Shown here one piece after another: positions 1 through 9,200 of a stretch of DNA of 32,000 nt. The position numbers and the translations under genes are program-made. The notes beneath the pieces are model-generated. The model ran no database searches. It was given only the letters and a program-made list of their open reading frames with translations, and had not been told where the DNA came from. This stretch comes from Longivirga aurantiaca (GTDB lineage Bacteria > Actinomycetota > Actinomycetes > S36-B12 > CAIYMF01): assembly GCF_042660085.1 (NCBI RefSeq), contig NZ_JBHSTI010000008.1, positions 360,001 to 392,000 of the forward strand, in the 5' to 3' direction. Position 1 is the stretch's first letter. Every line of letters starts with the position of its first letter.

Positions 1-951
1 CTCGCGGCGTCGATGCTCGGCATCTCCGCGACGGTGTTCATGCCGGTGGGCGCGCCGCTGCCGAAGGTGGCTGCGACCCGCGGGTACGGCGCGGAGATCC
101 GCTTCATCGGTACGGCGATCGACGAGTGCCTCGTCGCCGCGCAGGAGTTCGCCGACGAGACGGGCGCGATCCTCATCCACCCGTTCGACCACAAGGACAT
201 CGTCGCGGGGCAGGGCACGGTCGGTCTCGAGATCCTCGAGCAGCGCCCGGACGTGAAGACCATCGTCGTGTGCACCGGCGGCGGAGGCCTGCTCGCCGGG
301 ATCGCCGTGGCGGTCAAGGCAGTTCGGCCCGACGTCCGCATCGTCGGCGTCCAGGCGGCGGGCGCCGCGGCGTACCCCGGCTCGCTCGCCGTGCACCACC
401 CGGTGTCGCTCGCGTCGATGTCGACGATGGCCGACGGAATCGCCGTGGGGCGGCCGGGCGACGTGCCGTTCGCGCTCATCGACGACCTCGTCGACCAGGT
501 GGTGGTCGTCGACGACGAGACGATCGCCCGTGCCCTGGTCCTCACCCTCGAGCGAGGCAAGCTGGTGGTCGAGCCGGCCGGTGCCGCAGGGCTGGCCGCC
601 GTGCTCGACGACCCGGCGGCGTTCGAGCCGCCCGTGGTCGTCGTGGTGTCGGGCGGCAACGTCGACCCGCTGCTGCTGCTGCGGGTGATCCGGCACGGCC
701 TCGCTGCGGCCGGGCGGTACAGCACCCTCACGGTGCGCATGCCCGACCGGCCGGGCTCGCTCGCCTCGCTCCTCGCAGCCCTCGCGGCGGCGGACGCCAA
801 CGTGGTCGAGGTCGAGCACGCGCGGGCCGACCCCAAGCTGCATCTCGACGAGGTGCAGATCGAGGTGCAGGTGGAGACGCGGGGGCCCGAGCACCGGGAC
901 GAGGTCCTGGCCCGGCTCGCCCGGGAGGGGTTCCACGTCACCACCGGATAG
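1..951 (+). CDS. ilvA: Threonine ammonia-lyase (threonine dehydratase), 5'-truncated by the window edge
   Basis: Frame +1 is open from base 1 (track ORF 13..951). It looks like a PLP fold-type II enzyme (GQGTVGLEILEQ, VCTGGGGLLAGIA) with a C-terminal ACT-like regulatory segment (TLTVRMPDRPGSLASLL). The N-terminus lies upstream of the window. Confidence 0.9.
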   Translation, partial: LAASMLGISATVFMPVGAPLPKVAATRGYGAEIRFIGTAIDECLVAAQEFADETGAILIHPFDHKDIVAGQGTVGLEILEQRPDVKTIVVCTGGGGLLAGIAVAVKAVRPDVRIVGVQAAGAAAYPGSLAVHHPVSLASMSTMADGIAVGRPGDVPFALIDDLVDQVVVVDDETIARALVLTLERGKLVVEPAGAAGLAAVLDDPAAFEPPVVVVVSGGNVDPLLLLRVIRHGLAAAGRYSTLTVRMPDRPGSLASLLAALAAADANVVEVEHARADPKLHLDEVQIEVQVETRGPEHRDEVLARLAREGFHVTTG

Positions 952-1022
952 GGCGCACCGGCCGGCTGCGCTGCCGGGCGCCCGCACCCCGTCGGAAGAA
1001 TGCCCGGTGGAGAGATGCGATG

Positions 1023-1069
1023 TACTTTGGCAAGCAGGATTGCCAAAGTAGAAAGAATGGCTTTACAGT
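1023..1069 (+). promoter_or_regulatory. Candidate leaderless promoter (-35 TTGCCA 1040-1045, -10 TACAGT 1064-1069) containing the perfect palindrome TACTTTGGCAA-N6-TTGCCAAAGTA (1023-1050)
   Basis: Read directly. This is a locally AT-richer patch in a GC-rich genome. The -10 matches TANNNT and ends 6 nt before the ATG at 1076, with no Shine-Dalgarno, which fits a leaderless transcript. The right palindrome arm covers the -35. Confidence 0.5.
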
Positions 1070-1075
1070 CGTCTC

Positions 1076-1852
1076 ATGAACGAGGACCTGAACTCCCTGC
1101 GCGACCTGCTCACCCGCGTGGCCTCCGGCGAGGTAGACCCCGCCGAGGCCGCCCGCCTCCTCGACGAGGACCCCTCGGTCCCCACCGTCGACCGCCGCGA
1201 CGACGTGCGCTCCGAGGCGCCCGTGTCCGCCCTGGCCATCCATGCCGGCGGCGTCAAGCTCACCGTCGTCGCCGACCCGACCGTCGCGACGGCAGTCGCC
1301 GACGGACCGCACGCCATCCGGCGCGAGGGCTCGGTCCTCGTGCTCGACGCCCCGAGCGAGGACGGCTACCGCACCACTCCGCCGCCGCGCTTCCTCGGCT
1401 GGGTGCCGGCCGCCTGGACCGGCGGACGCGGCCAGAAGGTGATGGTGCGGGTCAACCCCGCGCTCCCGCTCACCGTCGAGGCGACGGCGTGCTCGGTCGA
1501 CATCACCGGGCTGCGGGCACCGCTCACCCTGGGCGGCAGCGCGTCGGCCGTGAAGGTGCACGACCATGTCGGCGGCCTGCACGGCAGCCTCGCGATGGGC
1601 TCGGCCGAGATCGCCGCGACGGTGACCGAGCCGAGCGACCTCGCCTGCGAGCTCGGGAGCCTCGAGCTGCTGCTCGCTCCGGGCTCGGACGTCACCCTGA
1701 CCGCCACGTGCGACCTCGGCGAGGTGAAGCTGCCGCACGCCGCGTCGCGGGAGGCTGCGTCCGCGCGGCAGACGAGCGTGATCGGGGCCGGCACCCATCC
1801 GTTCACGGTGGCGGTGCGCCTCGGCTCGGCCACGGTGGCGGTGGCGTCGTGA
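1076..1852 (+). CDS. Hypothetical soluble protein: N-terminal SHOCT-like helix plus a beta-strand-repeat (DUF4097/LiaG-like) body
   Basis: 258-aa ORF with high GC3. N-terminus is LTRVASGEVDPAEAARLL. The rest shows alternating short beta-strand periodicity (VKLTVVAD, LTVEATACSVDITG, VTLTATCDLGEVKL, FTVAVRLGSATVAV). No TM helix. The stop overlaps the next gene's GTG (GTGA at 1849-1852). Confidence 0.7.
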   Translation: MNEDLNSLRDLLTRVASGEVDPAEAARLLDEDPSVPTVDRRDDVRSEAPVSALAIHAGGVKLTVVADPTVATAVADGPHAIRREGSVLVLDAPSEDGYRTTPPPRFLGWVPAAWTGGRGQKVMVRVNPALPLTVEATACSVDITGLRAPLTLGGSASAVKVHDHVGGLHGSLAMGSAEIAATVTEPSDLACELGSLELLLAPGSDVTLTATCDLGEVKLPHAASREAASARQTSVIGAGTHPFTVAVRLGSATVAVAS

Positions 1853-2235
1853 CCCCCGTCCCGGACGTCACCCGTCGGCCGCCCCGGGCGTGCCCGGTCT
1901 GCTCGTCCGAGCTGATCATCACCGGCTGCGGCTGCCCCGAGTGCGGCACCGGCATCTCCGGCGAGTTCCGGATGAGCGCGTACGACGCCCTGACCGACGA
2001 CGAGCTCGAGATGCTGCGGGTGTTCCTGGTCAGCCGCGGCAACATGCGCGAGCTGGAGAAGCACCTGGGCGTCTCGTACCCGACCACCCGGCAGCGGTTC
2101 GCCGACCTGCTGGCCAAGCTCGACCTCGAGGACCCTGCCGAGACCAAGAAGTCGGTCGACCGCGACGCCGTGCTCGCCGACGTCGCCGCCGGTCGCCTGT
2201 CGGTCGACGAGGCCGAGAAGCTGCTCACCGACTGA
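1849..2235 (+). CDS. DUF2089-type protein: CxxC...CxxC zinc ribbon, HTH, and a C-terminal SHOCT-like helix
   Basis: The 3' third of track ORF 1000..2235. GTG at 1849 is in frame and overlaps the upstream stop. Motifs: CPVCSSELIITGCGCPECG and LEMLRVFLVSRGNMRELEKHLGVSYPTTRQRF (HTH). The C-terminus is AAGRLSVDEAEKLL. Confidence 0.75.
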   Translation: MTPVPDVTRRPPRACPVCSSELIITGCGCPECGTGISGEFRMSAYDALTDDELEMLRVFLVSRGNMRELEKHLGVSYPTTRQRFADLLAKLDLEDPAETKKSVDRDAVLADVAAGRLSVDEAEKLLTD

Positions 2236-2239
2236 GCGT

Positions 2240-2260
2240 CCGGGGTGCCCGGCACCCTGG
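2240..2260 (+). terminator. Short GC hairpin (CCGGGGTGC-ccg-GCACCCTGG) 5 nt after the DUF2089 stop; possible terminator or attenuator
   Basis: 9-bp stem including one G.U pair, read directly. There is no U-tract, which is common in high-GC actinobacteria. A second hairpin lies at 2297-2325 (CACGGGTT-N13-AACCCGTG). Confidence 0.35.
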
Positions 2261-2359
2261 ACCTTCACGCGACGTCAACCGTCACGCTCGTTCCGGCACG
2301 GGTTCCGCGAGGGGCGAAACCCGTGTGCGCGCACCACCATCGAGGGGAAGGCTCTGCCC

Positions 2360-3379
<1,020 letters not shown>

Positions 3380-3380
3380 G

Positions 3381-4241
3381 ATGGCTGCCACCACCGCCCC
3401 GACCCCGGTCCCCACCGAGCTCACGCGGCCCGGCATCGGCTGGTTCCTGCACGACGGGATCGTGGTCGCCAAGCGCAACCTCATCCAGGCGCTGCGGGTG
3501 CCCGAGAGCATCTTCTTCTCGCTCGTGCAGCCGGTGATCTTCGTCTTCATGTTCGCCTACGTGTTCGGCGGCGCGATCCCCATCCCTGGCGATGCCGCCG
3601 CCGACGCCTACCGGCAGTACCTGATCCCGGGCATCTTCGGGCAGACCGTCGCGTTCGCGGCCGCGGCGTCCACCGTCGGGCTCGCCGACGACCTCCACAA
3701 GGGCATCGTCGACCGCTTCCGCTCGCTGCCGATGGCGGCGTCCGCCGTGCTCTTCGGACGGACGGCGGCCGACGCGCTCCAGCAGATCGCGGTGCTCGTG
3801 GTGCTCTCGATCACCGGCTTCATCGTCGGATGGCGCATCGAGAACGGCCTCTGGAACGCGGCGCTGGCCTACCTGCTGCTCCTGCTCTTCGCCTACACCG
3901 TGGCGTGGGTCGGCGCCTGGGTCGGCCTGCACATGCCCAACCCGCAGACCGCGAGCACCGCAGGGCTGATCTGGCTGTTCCCGCTCACCTTCCTGTCGAA
4001 CGCCTTCGTGCCTCTGGCCGGCATGCCGCCCGTCGTGCAGACGATCGCGGAGTGGAACCCGGTGTCGTCGCTCGTGCTCGCCTGCCGCGAGCTGTTCGGC
4101 AACCCGACCGGCCTCGTGCCCCAGCTCGAGTCGGCGGCGTGGCCGATGCAGAACCCCGTCGCCTACACGCTGATCTCGTGCACGGTCGTGATCGCGGTCT
4201 TCAGCGTCCTCGCCGTCCGCAAGTACCGCGCGACCAGCTGA
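3381..4241 (+). CDS. ABC-2 type transporter permease (DrrB-like)
   Basis: ATG at 3381 follows the ATPase stop directly (TGAGATG) and has an AGGAGG upstream. The protein has six predicted hydrophobic spans typical of ABC-2 permeases. Confidence 0.88.
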   Translation: MAATTAPTPVPTELTRPGIGWFLHDGIVVAKRNLIQALRVPESIFFSLVQPVIFVFMFAYVFGGAIPIPGDAAADAYRQYLIPGIFGQTVAFAAAASTVGLADDLHKGIVDRFRSLPMAASAVLFGRTAADALQQIAVLVVLSITGFIVGWRIENGLWNAALAYLLLLLFAYTVAWVGAWVGLHMPNPQTASTAGLIWLFPLTFLSNAFVPLAGMPPVVQTIAEWNPVSSLVLACRELFGNPTGLVPQLESAAWPMQNPVAYTLISCTVVIAVFSVLAVRKYRATS

Positions 4242-4248
4242 CGACGCA

Positions 4249-4282
4249 CGAAGGCCCGGCACCTCGAGGTGCCGGGCCTTCG
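4249..4282. terminator. Bidirectional intrinsic terminator hairpin between the permease (+) and greA (-)
   Basis: Perfect 15-bp stem CGAAGGCCCGGCACC-tcga-GGTGCCGGGCCTTCG between convergent genes. Confidence 0.8.
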
Positions 4283-4297
4283 TCGTACGCGGGGCGC

Positions 4298-4789
4298 CTA
4301 TCCGGTGTAGGGCTCGGCCTTCAGGATCTCGACGTTGAGCGTCTTGCCCGCCGGAGTCGTGTAGCTGACGGACGTGCCGACCTTCCGTCCGAGCACCGCA
4401 GCACCGAGCGGCGAGGTGGGGGAGTAGACCGAGATGGAGGCGGTGGCGGCCTCCTCGCGCGAGCCGAGCAGGAAGGTCTCCTCCTCGTTGAACTCCACGA
4501 GGCGCACCGTGACGACCTGGCCCTGCGCGACCTCGCCCTCGGTGGCCGGAGGGGCGCCGATCTTCGCGTTCTCGAGCAGGTGGGTCAGCACCTTCACGCG
4601 GGCCTCGTTCTTGCCCTGCTCCTCCTTGGCCGCGTGGTAGCCGCCGTTCTCCTTGAGGTCGCCCTCCTCGCGCGCGGCCTCGATGCGCTTCACGATCTGC
4701 GCACGACGCGGTCCCGACCGGTCGGCGAGCTCCTCCTGGAGGCGCTCGAAGGCCTCCTGGGTCAGCCAGGTCTCGGTCGTCTGGGTCAC
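4298..4789 (-). CDS. greA: Transcription elongation factor GreA
   Basis: 163 aa. WLTQEAFERLQEEL, the LKENGGYHAAKEEQ coiled-coil tip and the C-terminal FKBP-like domain are all classic GreA. GTG start. Confidence 0.95.
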   Translation of the reverse strand: MTQTTETWLTQEAFERLQEELADRSGPRRAQIVKRIEAAREEGDLKENGGYHAAKEEQGKNEARVKVLTHLLENAKIGAPPATEGEVAQGQVVTVRLVEFNEEETFLLGSREEAATASISVYSPTSPLGAAVLGRKVGTSVSYTTPAGKTLNVEILKAEPYTG

Positions 4790-4862
4790 GGGAGGTCTGC
4801 CTTCGTTCGGAGGTGGCTCGTGGTCAGGGGGATCAGCGTACGGCGCGACGCCGGGGGACGGC

Positions 4863-5306
4863 CTACGAGCCGTCGACGACCGGGATCTGCGGGGGGTTCG
4901 TGGTGCCGGGCAGGAAGCCGGGCGGGTCGACCCTCGGCGGCTGCCCCGCGGTGCAGTCGAGCACCTCGGCGCTCGTGGCCTCGGCGTACGTCGCGAGCGG
5001 GTAGGTCACCTGGACGTAGTCCCGGCCGGGCGTGATGCGGATCGACGCGTAGCCGACATCGGTGTGGTCCTCGGCGCGGGCCCGGAGCACGCAGAAGGTC
5101 TCGTCGAGGGAGTTGCGGCGCACCTCGAACGTGACGTCGACCTGCTGCGGGGAGACGACCGTGAAGGCGAGCAGCTTGGACTGGGTGTCCGGCGTCGCAA
5201 GCCGGTAGCCGAGGCCGAGGACGCCGGCGACGAAGCCGATCACGAGCACTGCGAGGACGCCGATCACCACGGGGTTCGTGCGGCGGACGCCGTACCGGGC
5301 GGCCAT
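4863..5306 (-). CDS. DUF4307-type single-pass membrane protein (Rv1081c-like)
   Basis: Only the 3' 147 codons of track ORF 4863..6251 look coding. They give a short N-terminus, one TM helix (VVIGVLAVLVIGFVAGVLGLG) and a ~100-aa ectodomain. ATG at 5306; an upstream GTG at 5369 is an alternative. Its position between greA and mca matches mycobacterial synteny. Confidence 0.7.
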   Translation of the reverse strand: MAARYGVRRTNPVVIGVLAVLVIGFVAGVLGLGYRLATPDTQSKLLAFTVVSPQQVDVTFEVRRNSLDETFCVLRARAEDHTDVGYASIRITPGRDYVQVTYPLATYAEATSAEVLDCTAGQPPRVDPPGFLPGTTNPPQIPVVDGS

Positions 5307-5453
5307 GGCCGGGGTGAGCAGCAGGCCGGTGCGCGCCTCACGGCGCGGCTCGGTCGCGGGCTCGGTCACCGGGCTGCTCCTCACGGTCGTACGGGTCTGG
5401 GAGACTGTGGCGGTACCGGGGCGCCGAACGTCCTGGTCCAGTACCAGTGACCA

Positions 5454-6443
5454 GTGTCCCTCACCCGGACCGAACCGCCACGACCAGGAGCGACCGTGAC
5501 CGCTGCACCCCACCTGCCGGGGCCGGGCGAGCCCCTGCGCCTCATGGCGGTGCACGCCCACCCCGACGACGAGTCGAGCAAGGGGGCCGCGTCCGCCGCG
5601 CGGTACGTCGCCGAGGGCGTCGAGGTCCTGGTGGTCACGTGCACCGGCGGCGAGCGCGGCGACGTGCTCAACCCGAGCCTGGCGCACGACCCTGCTGTGC
5701 TCGCCGACCTCGCGGCCTACCGCCGCACCGAGATGGCGCGCGCCGCGGAGATCCTGGGCGTGCAGCAGACCTGGCTGGGCTTCCACGATTCCGGCCTCCC
5801 CGAGGCCGACGAGGACGGCGTCGTCCCCCCGCTGCCCGAGGGCTGCTTCGCGCTCGTCCCGCTCGACGAGGCGACCGAGCCGCTGGTGCGCCTCGTGCGC
5901 GAGTTCCGCCCGCACGTGCTGACGACGTACGACGAGAACGGCGGCTACCCGCACCCCGACCACATCAAGACGCACGAGATCTCGATGCGCGCGTTCGAGG
6001 CGGCCGGCGACCCCGAGCAGTTCCCCGGCACGGGCGAGCCGTGGCAGCCGGCCAAGCTCTACTACCACCTGACCTTCCACAAGGCCCGGCTCGTCGCGCT
6101 GCACGAGATGTGCCTCGCCGAGGGCATCGACTCGCCGTTCGCCGACTGGCTCGCGGGCTGGGAGGACAAGCCGGAGGACGCCGCCCGGCTCACGACGCAG
6201 GTGGAGTGCGCAGCCTGGTTCGAGGCGCGCGACGAGGCGCTCAAGGCGCACGCCACGCAGATCGACCCCGACGGCCGCTGGTTCGCTGTCCCCATGGACG
6301 CGCAGCGCGCCGCCTGGCCCACCGAGGACTACCAGCTCGCGCGGTCGCTCGTCCCTGTCGGCGAGGGGATCGAGGACGACCTGTTCGCGGGCGTCCGGCC
6401 CGAGGCCCAGTCCGACTCCTCCGAGATCACGAGGTCCGCGTGA
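5454..6443 (+). CDS. mca: Mycothiol S-conjugate amidase (LmbE/PIG-L family)
   Basis: LRLMAVHAHPDDESSKGA...VVTCTGGERGDVLNP closely resembles M. tuberculosis Mca. The greA-adjacent position favours Mca over its paralogue MshB. The true start may be the GTG at 5496. Confidence 0.85.
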   Translation: MSLTRTEPPRPGATVTAAPHLPGPGEPLRLMAVHAHPDDESSKGAASAARYVAEGVEVLVVTCTGGERGDVLNPSLAHDPAVLADLAAYRRTEMARAAEILGVQQTWLGFHDSGLPEADEDGVVPPLPEGCFALVPLDEATEPLVRLVREFRPHVLTTYDENGGYPHPDHIKTHEISMRAFEAAGDPEQFPGTGEPWQPAKLYYHLTFHKARLVALHEMCLAEGIDSPFADWLAGWEDKPEDAARLTTQVECAAWFEARDEALKAHATQIDPDGRWFAVPMDAQRAAWPTEDYQLARSLVPVGEGIEDDLFAGVRPEAQSDSSEITRSA

Positions 6444-6745
6444 ACCACCTCTGGCTGCTGGCAGCCGCTGTGTCGCCGTCGCCGTCGCCGTCGTCCACCG
6501 AGCCGGCGATCGACCCCGACCGCGTCTCGCCCGGCATCCTCGGCTTCCTCGCGGTGGTGTTCCTCGCCCTCGCGATGGTCGTGATCTGGAAGAGCATGAA
6601 CAAGCAGCTCACGGGCATCGACTTCGACGAGAACGACACCGAGAACCCGCGCTACACCCGCAAGAAGGCCGAGCGCGCCGCGCAGCGTGCGGCCGCCGAG
6701 GGCGCGCTCCCGACCGGCGACGCCCCCGGCGCCCCCGACGCCTGA
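6440..6745 (+). CDS. Small membrane protein (Rv1083-position hypothetical)
   Basis: GTG at 6440 overlaps the mca stop (GTGA). The protein has an SPSPSPSS linker, one TM helix (ILGFLAVVFLALAMVVIW) and a charged C-terminal tail. It is the 3' part of track ORF 5447..6745. Confidence 0.6.
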   Translation: MNHLWLLAAAVSPSPSPSSTEPAIDPDRVSPGILGFLAVVFLALAMVVIWKSMNKQLTGIDFDENDTENPRYTRKKAERAAQRAAAEGALPTGDAPGAPDA

Positions 6746-6905
6746 CCTGCCTCACGCACTGAACGGCCAGAAACCGCAGGGATTCTCGGTCACTTCCGTG
6801 CGTGAGCCGGGTGCCATCACGCGCCGACGAGCGGCGAACCGAGCGACATCGCCGGAGGACCGTGCGATCCTCGAACCATCTGCCGAGCGACGAGGGGATG
6901 CCGTC

Positions 6906-7571
6906 ATGGTCGAGGTCGTGGAGTCCGAGGTCCTGGACAGGGAGCCCGAGTCGCTGCTGCTCCGTCTCGAGCAGAAGCTGCAGCAGGTGGTGCTCGACGT
7001 CGTCGACCACGGCGCCGGGCCGCTCGTGGGCTCCGCGGCGTACGGCGACGCCCGCCTCGCCGACACCGGAGACCGGGATGCCGCGATCGCGCTCATGATC
7101 CGCGAGTCGGGGATGGCCACCGGCGGCACGGGGTTCCTCACCGGTTTCGGCGGCTTCCTCGCCCTCCCGCTCACCTTCCCGGCGAACGTCGCGGGCAACC
7201 TCGTCTTCAACTCGCGCATGGTGGGTGCCATCGCCCACCTGCATGGGCACGACCTCGACGACCCGCACACGCAGGCCTCGATCCTGCTCACCGTCGCAGG
7301 TGCCGACGCCGAGAAGGTGCTGACCGAGCTCGGCGTCGACATCGGCGACTCCGGCACCCACGAGGCCATCAGGAAGCTGCCCGTCCCGGTCGTGCACGAG
7401 ATCAACAGGCGCGCGGGGATCTTCCTCGTGGCGAAGTACGGCGGCAAGCGCCTGGCCTTCACCGCCGTACGGTCGATCCCTCTCGTCGGCGGCCTGGTCG
7501 GCGGCGGCATCGACGCGGCTCTCACGCAGTACGTCGGCGGCCTCGCCACCCGCACGTTCGCCGCGTCCTGA
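6906..7571 (+). CDS. EcsC family protein
   Basis: ATG at 6906 within ORF 6687..7571. The Gly-rich core GGTGFLTGFGGFLALPLTFPANVAGNLVFNSRMVGAIAHLHGHD and the tail IPLVGGLVGGGIDA are typical of EcsC (PF12787-like). Confidence 0.7.
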   Translation: MVEVVESEVLDREPESLLLRLEQKLQQVVLDVVDHGAGPLVGSAAYGDARLADTGDRDAAIALMIRESGMATGGTGFLTGFGGFLALPLTFPANVAGNLVFNSRMVGAIAHLHGHDLDDPHTQASILLTVAGADAEKVLTELGVDIGDSGTHEAIRKLPVPVVHEINRRAGIFLVAKYGGKRLAFTAVRSIPLVGGLVGGGIDAALTQYVGGLATRTFAAS

Positions 7572-7583
7572 CCGGGCGCCGTC

Positions 7584-8009
7584 CTAGTCGGAGTCGCTGC
7601 GCCGCAGCCGCTTGGTCTCTCCCCGGCGCTTCTTCTCGGCGATCCTCCGGTCGACCGAGCCCCGGGTGGGCTTGGTGGCGCGCCGCGGCCGTGGCGGCGG
7701 CGCGATCGCGGCCGTGACGAGCTCGACCAGCCGCCGCTCGGCCGCGAGGCGGTTCTGGTACTGGCTGCGCTGCTCGGACGCGGTCACCGACACGACACCG
7801 TCGACGAGTCGGTCGGCCAGCCGCTCGAGCGCGCGCTCCTTCAGGGCCGGCCCGAGCGCGGAGGTCGCGGCGACGTCCCACAGCAGCTCGACCCGGGAGT
7901 CGGTCGTGTTCACGCCCTGGCCGCCCGGCCCGGACGACCGCGAGAATCGCCAGGAGAGCTCGGCCTCGGGGATGACGACCGAGCCACGGATCTGCAGATC
8001 ACCGGGCAT
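7584..8009 (-). CDS. arfB: Alternative ribosome-rescue factor ArfB (peptidyl-tRNA hydrolase, GGQ class)
   Basis: 141 aa from ATG 8009. It has the GGQ motif (SSGPGGQGVNTTDSRV) and a basic C-terminal tail (KKRRGETKRLRR). The rest of track ORF 7584..8813 is a non-coding extension. Confidence 0.85.
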   Translation of the reverse strand: MPGDLQIRGSVVIPEAELSWRFSRSSGPGGQGVNTTDSRVELLWDVAATSALGPALKERALERLADRLVDGVVSVTASEQRSQYQNRLAAERRLVELVTAAIAPPPRPRRATKPTRGSVDRRIAEKKRRGETKRLRRSDSD

Positions 8010-8063
8010 GCGCCCATCCTGGCCCGTGGCGATGGCTCCGGCCGCGCGGGTTACCGTGGGCGG

Positions 8064-8804
8064 GTGCTGCGGATGCTCGCGACCCCGAGGTGGATCGGGC
8101 TGTCGGTGACGGCCCTTCTCCTCATCGTCGCGTTCGGCGGCATGTCGTACTGGCAGTGGCAGCGGGCCCAGCGCGACGAGATCCCGGTGCGCGAGACGGT
8201 CGCCGCCGCGGAGCTGCTCACCGCCGACGCCCCGCTCGCCGGTTCCGACTACGGAGCCCCGGTCGAGCTCACGGGGACGTACGACCTCGCGGCGCAGGTG
8301 CTCGTCGACCACGGGCAGGGCGAGTTCTGGGTCGTCACCCCGCTCCGCCCGTCGACCGGCCCCGCCGTCCCGATCGCGCGCGGCACCGTCACCAGCCCGA
8401 CCGACCCCTCCGCGGCGTCGGTCGCGACCGGCGTCGTCACCGTCCGCGGGCTCGCGCAGCCGTTCGAGGGCGACCCGGGCACCGCGGTCCCGGGCGAGGA
8501 AGGCATCGTCGAGCGCCTCACGGCGTCCGGGCTCGCCCTGCCGTACCCCGCGGTGCAGGGCTGGGTCGCGCTCACCGGGCAGGAGCCGCAGGCGCAGCCG
8601 GCGCTCGTGCCGGTGATCCCGCCGTTCGGCGTGGCCAGCGGCTCGGGCATCCGGCTGCAGAACGCCGGGTACGCCGTGCAGTGGGTGCTCTTCGCCGCGT
8701 TCGTGGTGTTCGTGTGGTGGCGCTTCCTGCGCGAGGACGCCCGGCTCGCCGCGGAGCAGGCGCCGCCTCCGGTGGCAGAGCCCTCCCGGCCCGAGATCTA
8801 CTAG
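8064..8804 (+). CDS. SURF1 family (cytochrome oxidase assembly) membrane protein
   Basis: N-terminal TM helix followed by WQWQRAQ, and a C-terminal TM helix (GYAVQWVLFAAFVVFVWW), as in SURF1/Shy1-like proteins. GTG at 8064 (alternative ATG at 8073). TACCGT lies 6 nt upstream, so the transcript may be leaderless. Confidence 0.75.
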   Translation: MLRMLATPRWIGLSVTALLLIVAFGGMSYWQWQRAQRDEIPVRETVAAAELLTADAPLAGSDYGAPVELTGTYDLAAQVLVDHGQGEFWVVTPLRPSTGPAVPIARGTVTSPTDPSAASVATGVVTVRGLAQPFEGDPGTAVPGEEGIVERLTASGLALPYPAVQGWVALTGQEPQAQPALVPVIPPFGVASGSGIRLQNAGYAVQWVLFAAFVVFVWWRFLREDARLAAEQAPPPVAEPSRPEIY

Positions 8805-8830
8805 ACGCAGCACCCCGAGAGAGGACCCTC

Positions 8831-9199
8831 GTGATCACCGCCCCTGTGCCCATCGTCCGCAAGGCCCTCACGCGCTACCGCGTGATGGCCTGGATCGTCG
8901 GCGTCATGCTGCTGCTGCTCGTGACGGCCATGGTGCTGAAGTACGGGTTCGGCGTCATCGAGACGACAGCCCCCGTCGCGATCGCGCACGGCTGGCTCTA
9001 CATGATCTACGTGATCGTGGCGCTCGACCTCTGCCTGCGCATGCGCTGGCCCTTCCTGCGCATGGTGTTCGTCGTGCTGGCGGGGACGATCCCGTTCGTC
9101 TCGTTCGTGGCCGAGCACAAGGTGCGGCTCTGGGTCGAGGCCGAGATCGCCGGCGTCGAGGCCGCGCAGACCGCTCCGCAGGAGCCTGCGGCGTCCTGA
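8831..9199 (+). CDS. DUF3817 domain membrane protein
   Basis: GTG at 8831 preceded by GAGAGAGGA. Four hydrophobic spans, with the motif AHGWLYMIYVIVALDL...GTIPFVSF typical of DUF3817. Confidence 0.72.
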   Translation: MITAPVPIVRKALTRYRVMAWIVGVMLLLLVTAMVLKYGFGVIETTAPVAIAHGWLYMIYVIVALDLCLRMRWPFLRMVFVVLAGTIPFVSFVAEHKVRLWVEAEIAGVEAAQTAPQEPAAS

Positions 9200-9200
9200 C

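Noticed and set aside
1000-1848. 5' two-thirds of track ORF 1000..2235 (411 aa), and ORFs 126..1079 and 938..1798
   Set aside because: These are Arg/Pro-rich alternative-frame translations overlapping ilvA and the 1076..1852 gene. Only the 1849..2235 part has real motifs (Zn ribbon, HTH).
5307-6251. Upper part of track ORF 4863..6251(-)
   Set aside because: It is antisense to the well-recognised mca gene. Only the last 147 codons (a TM protein) are plausible.
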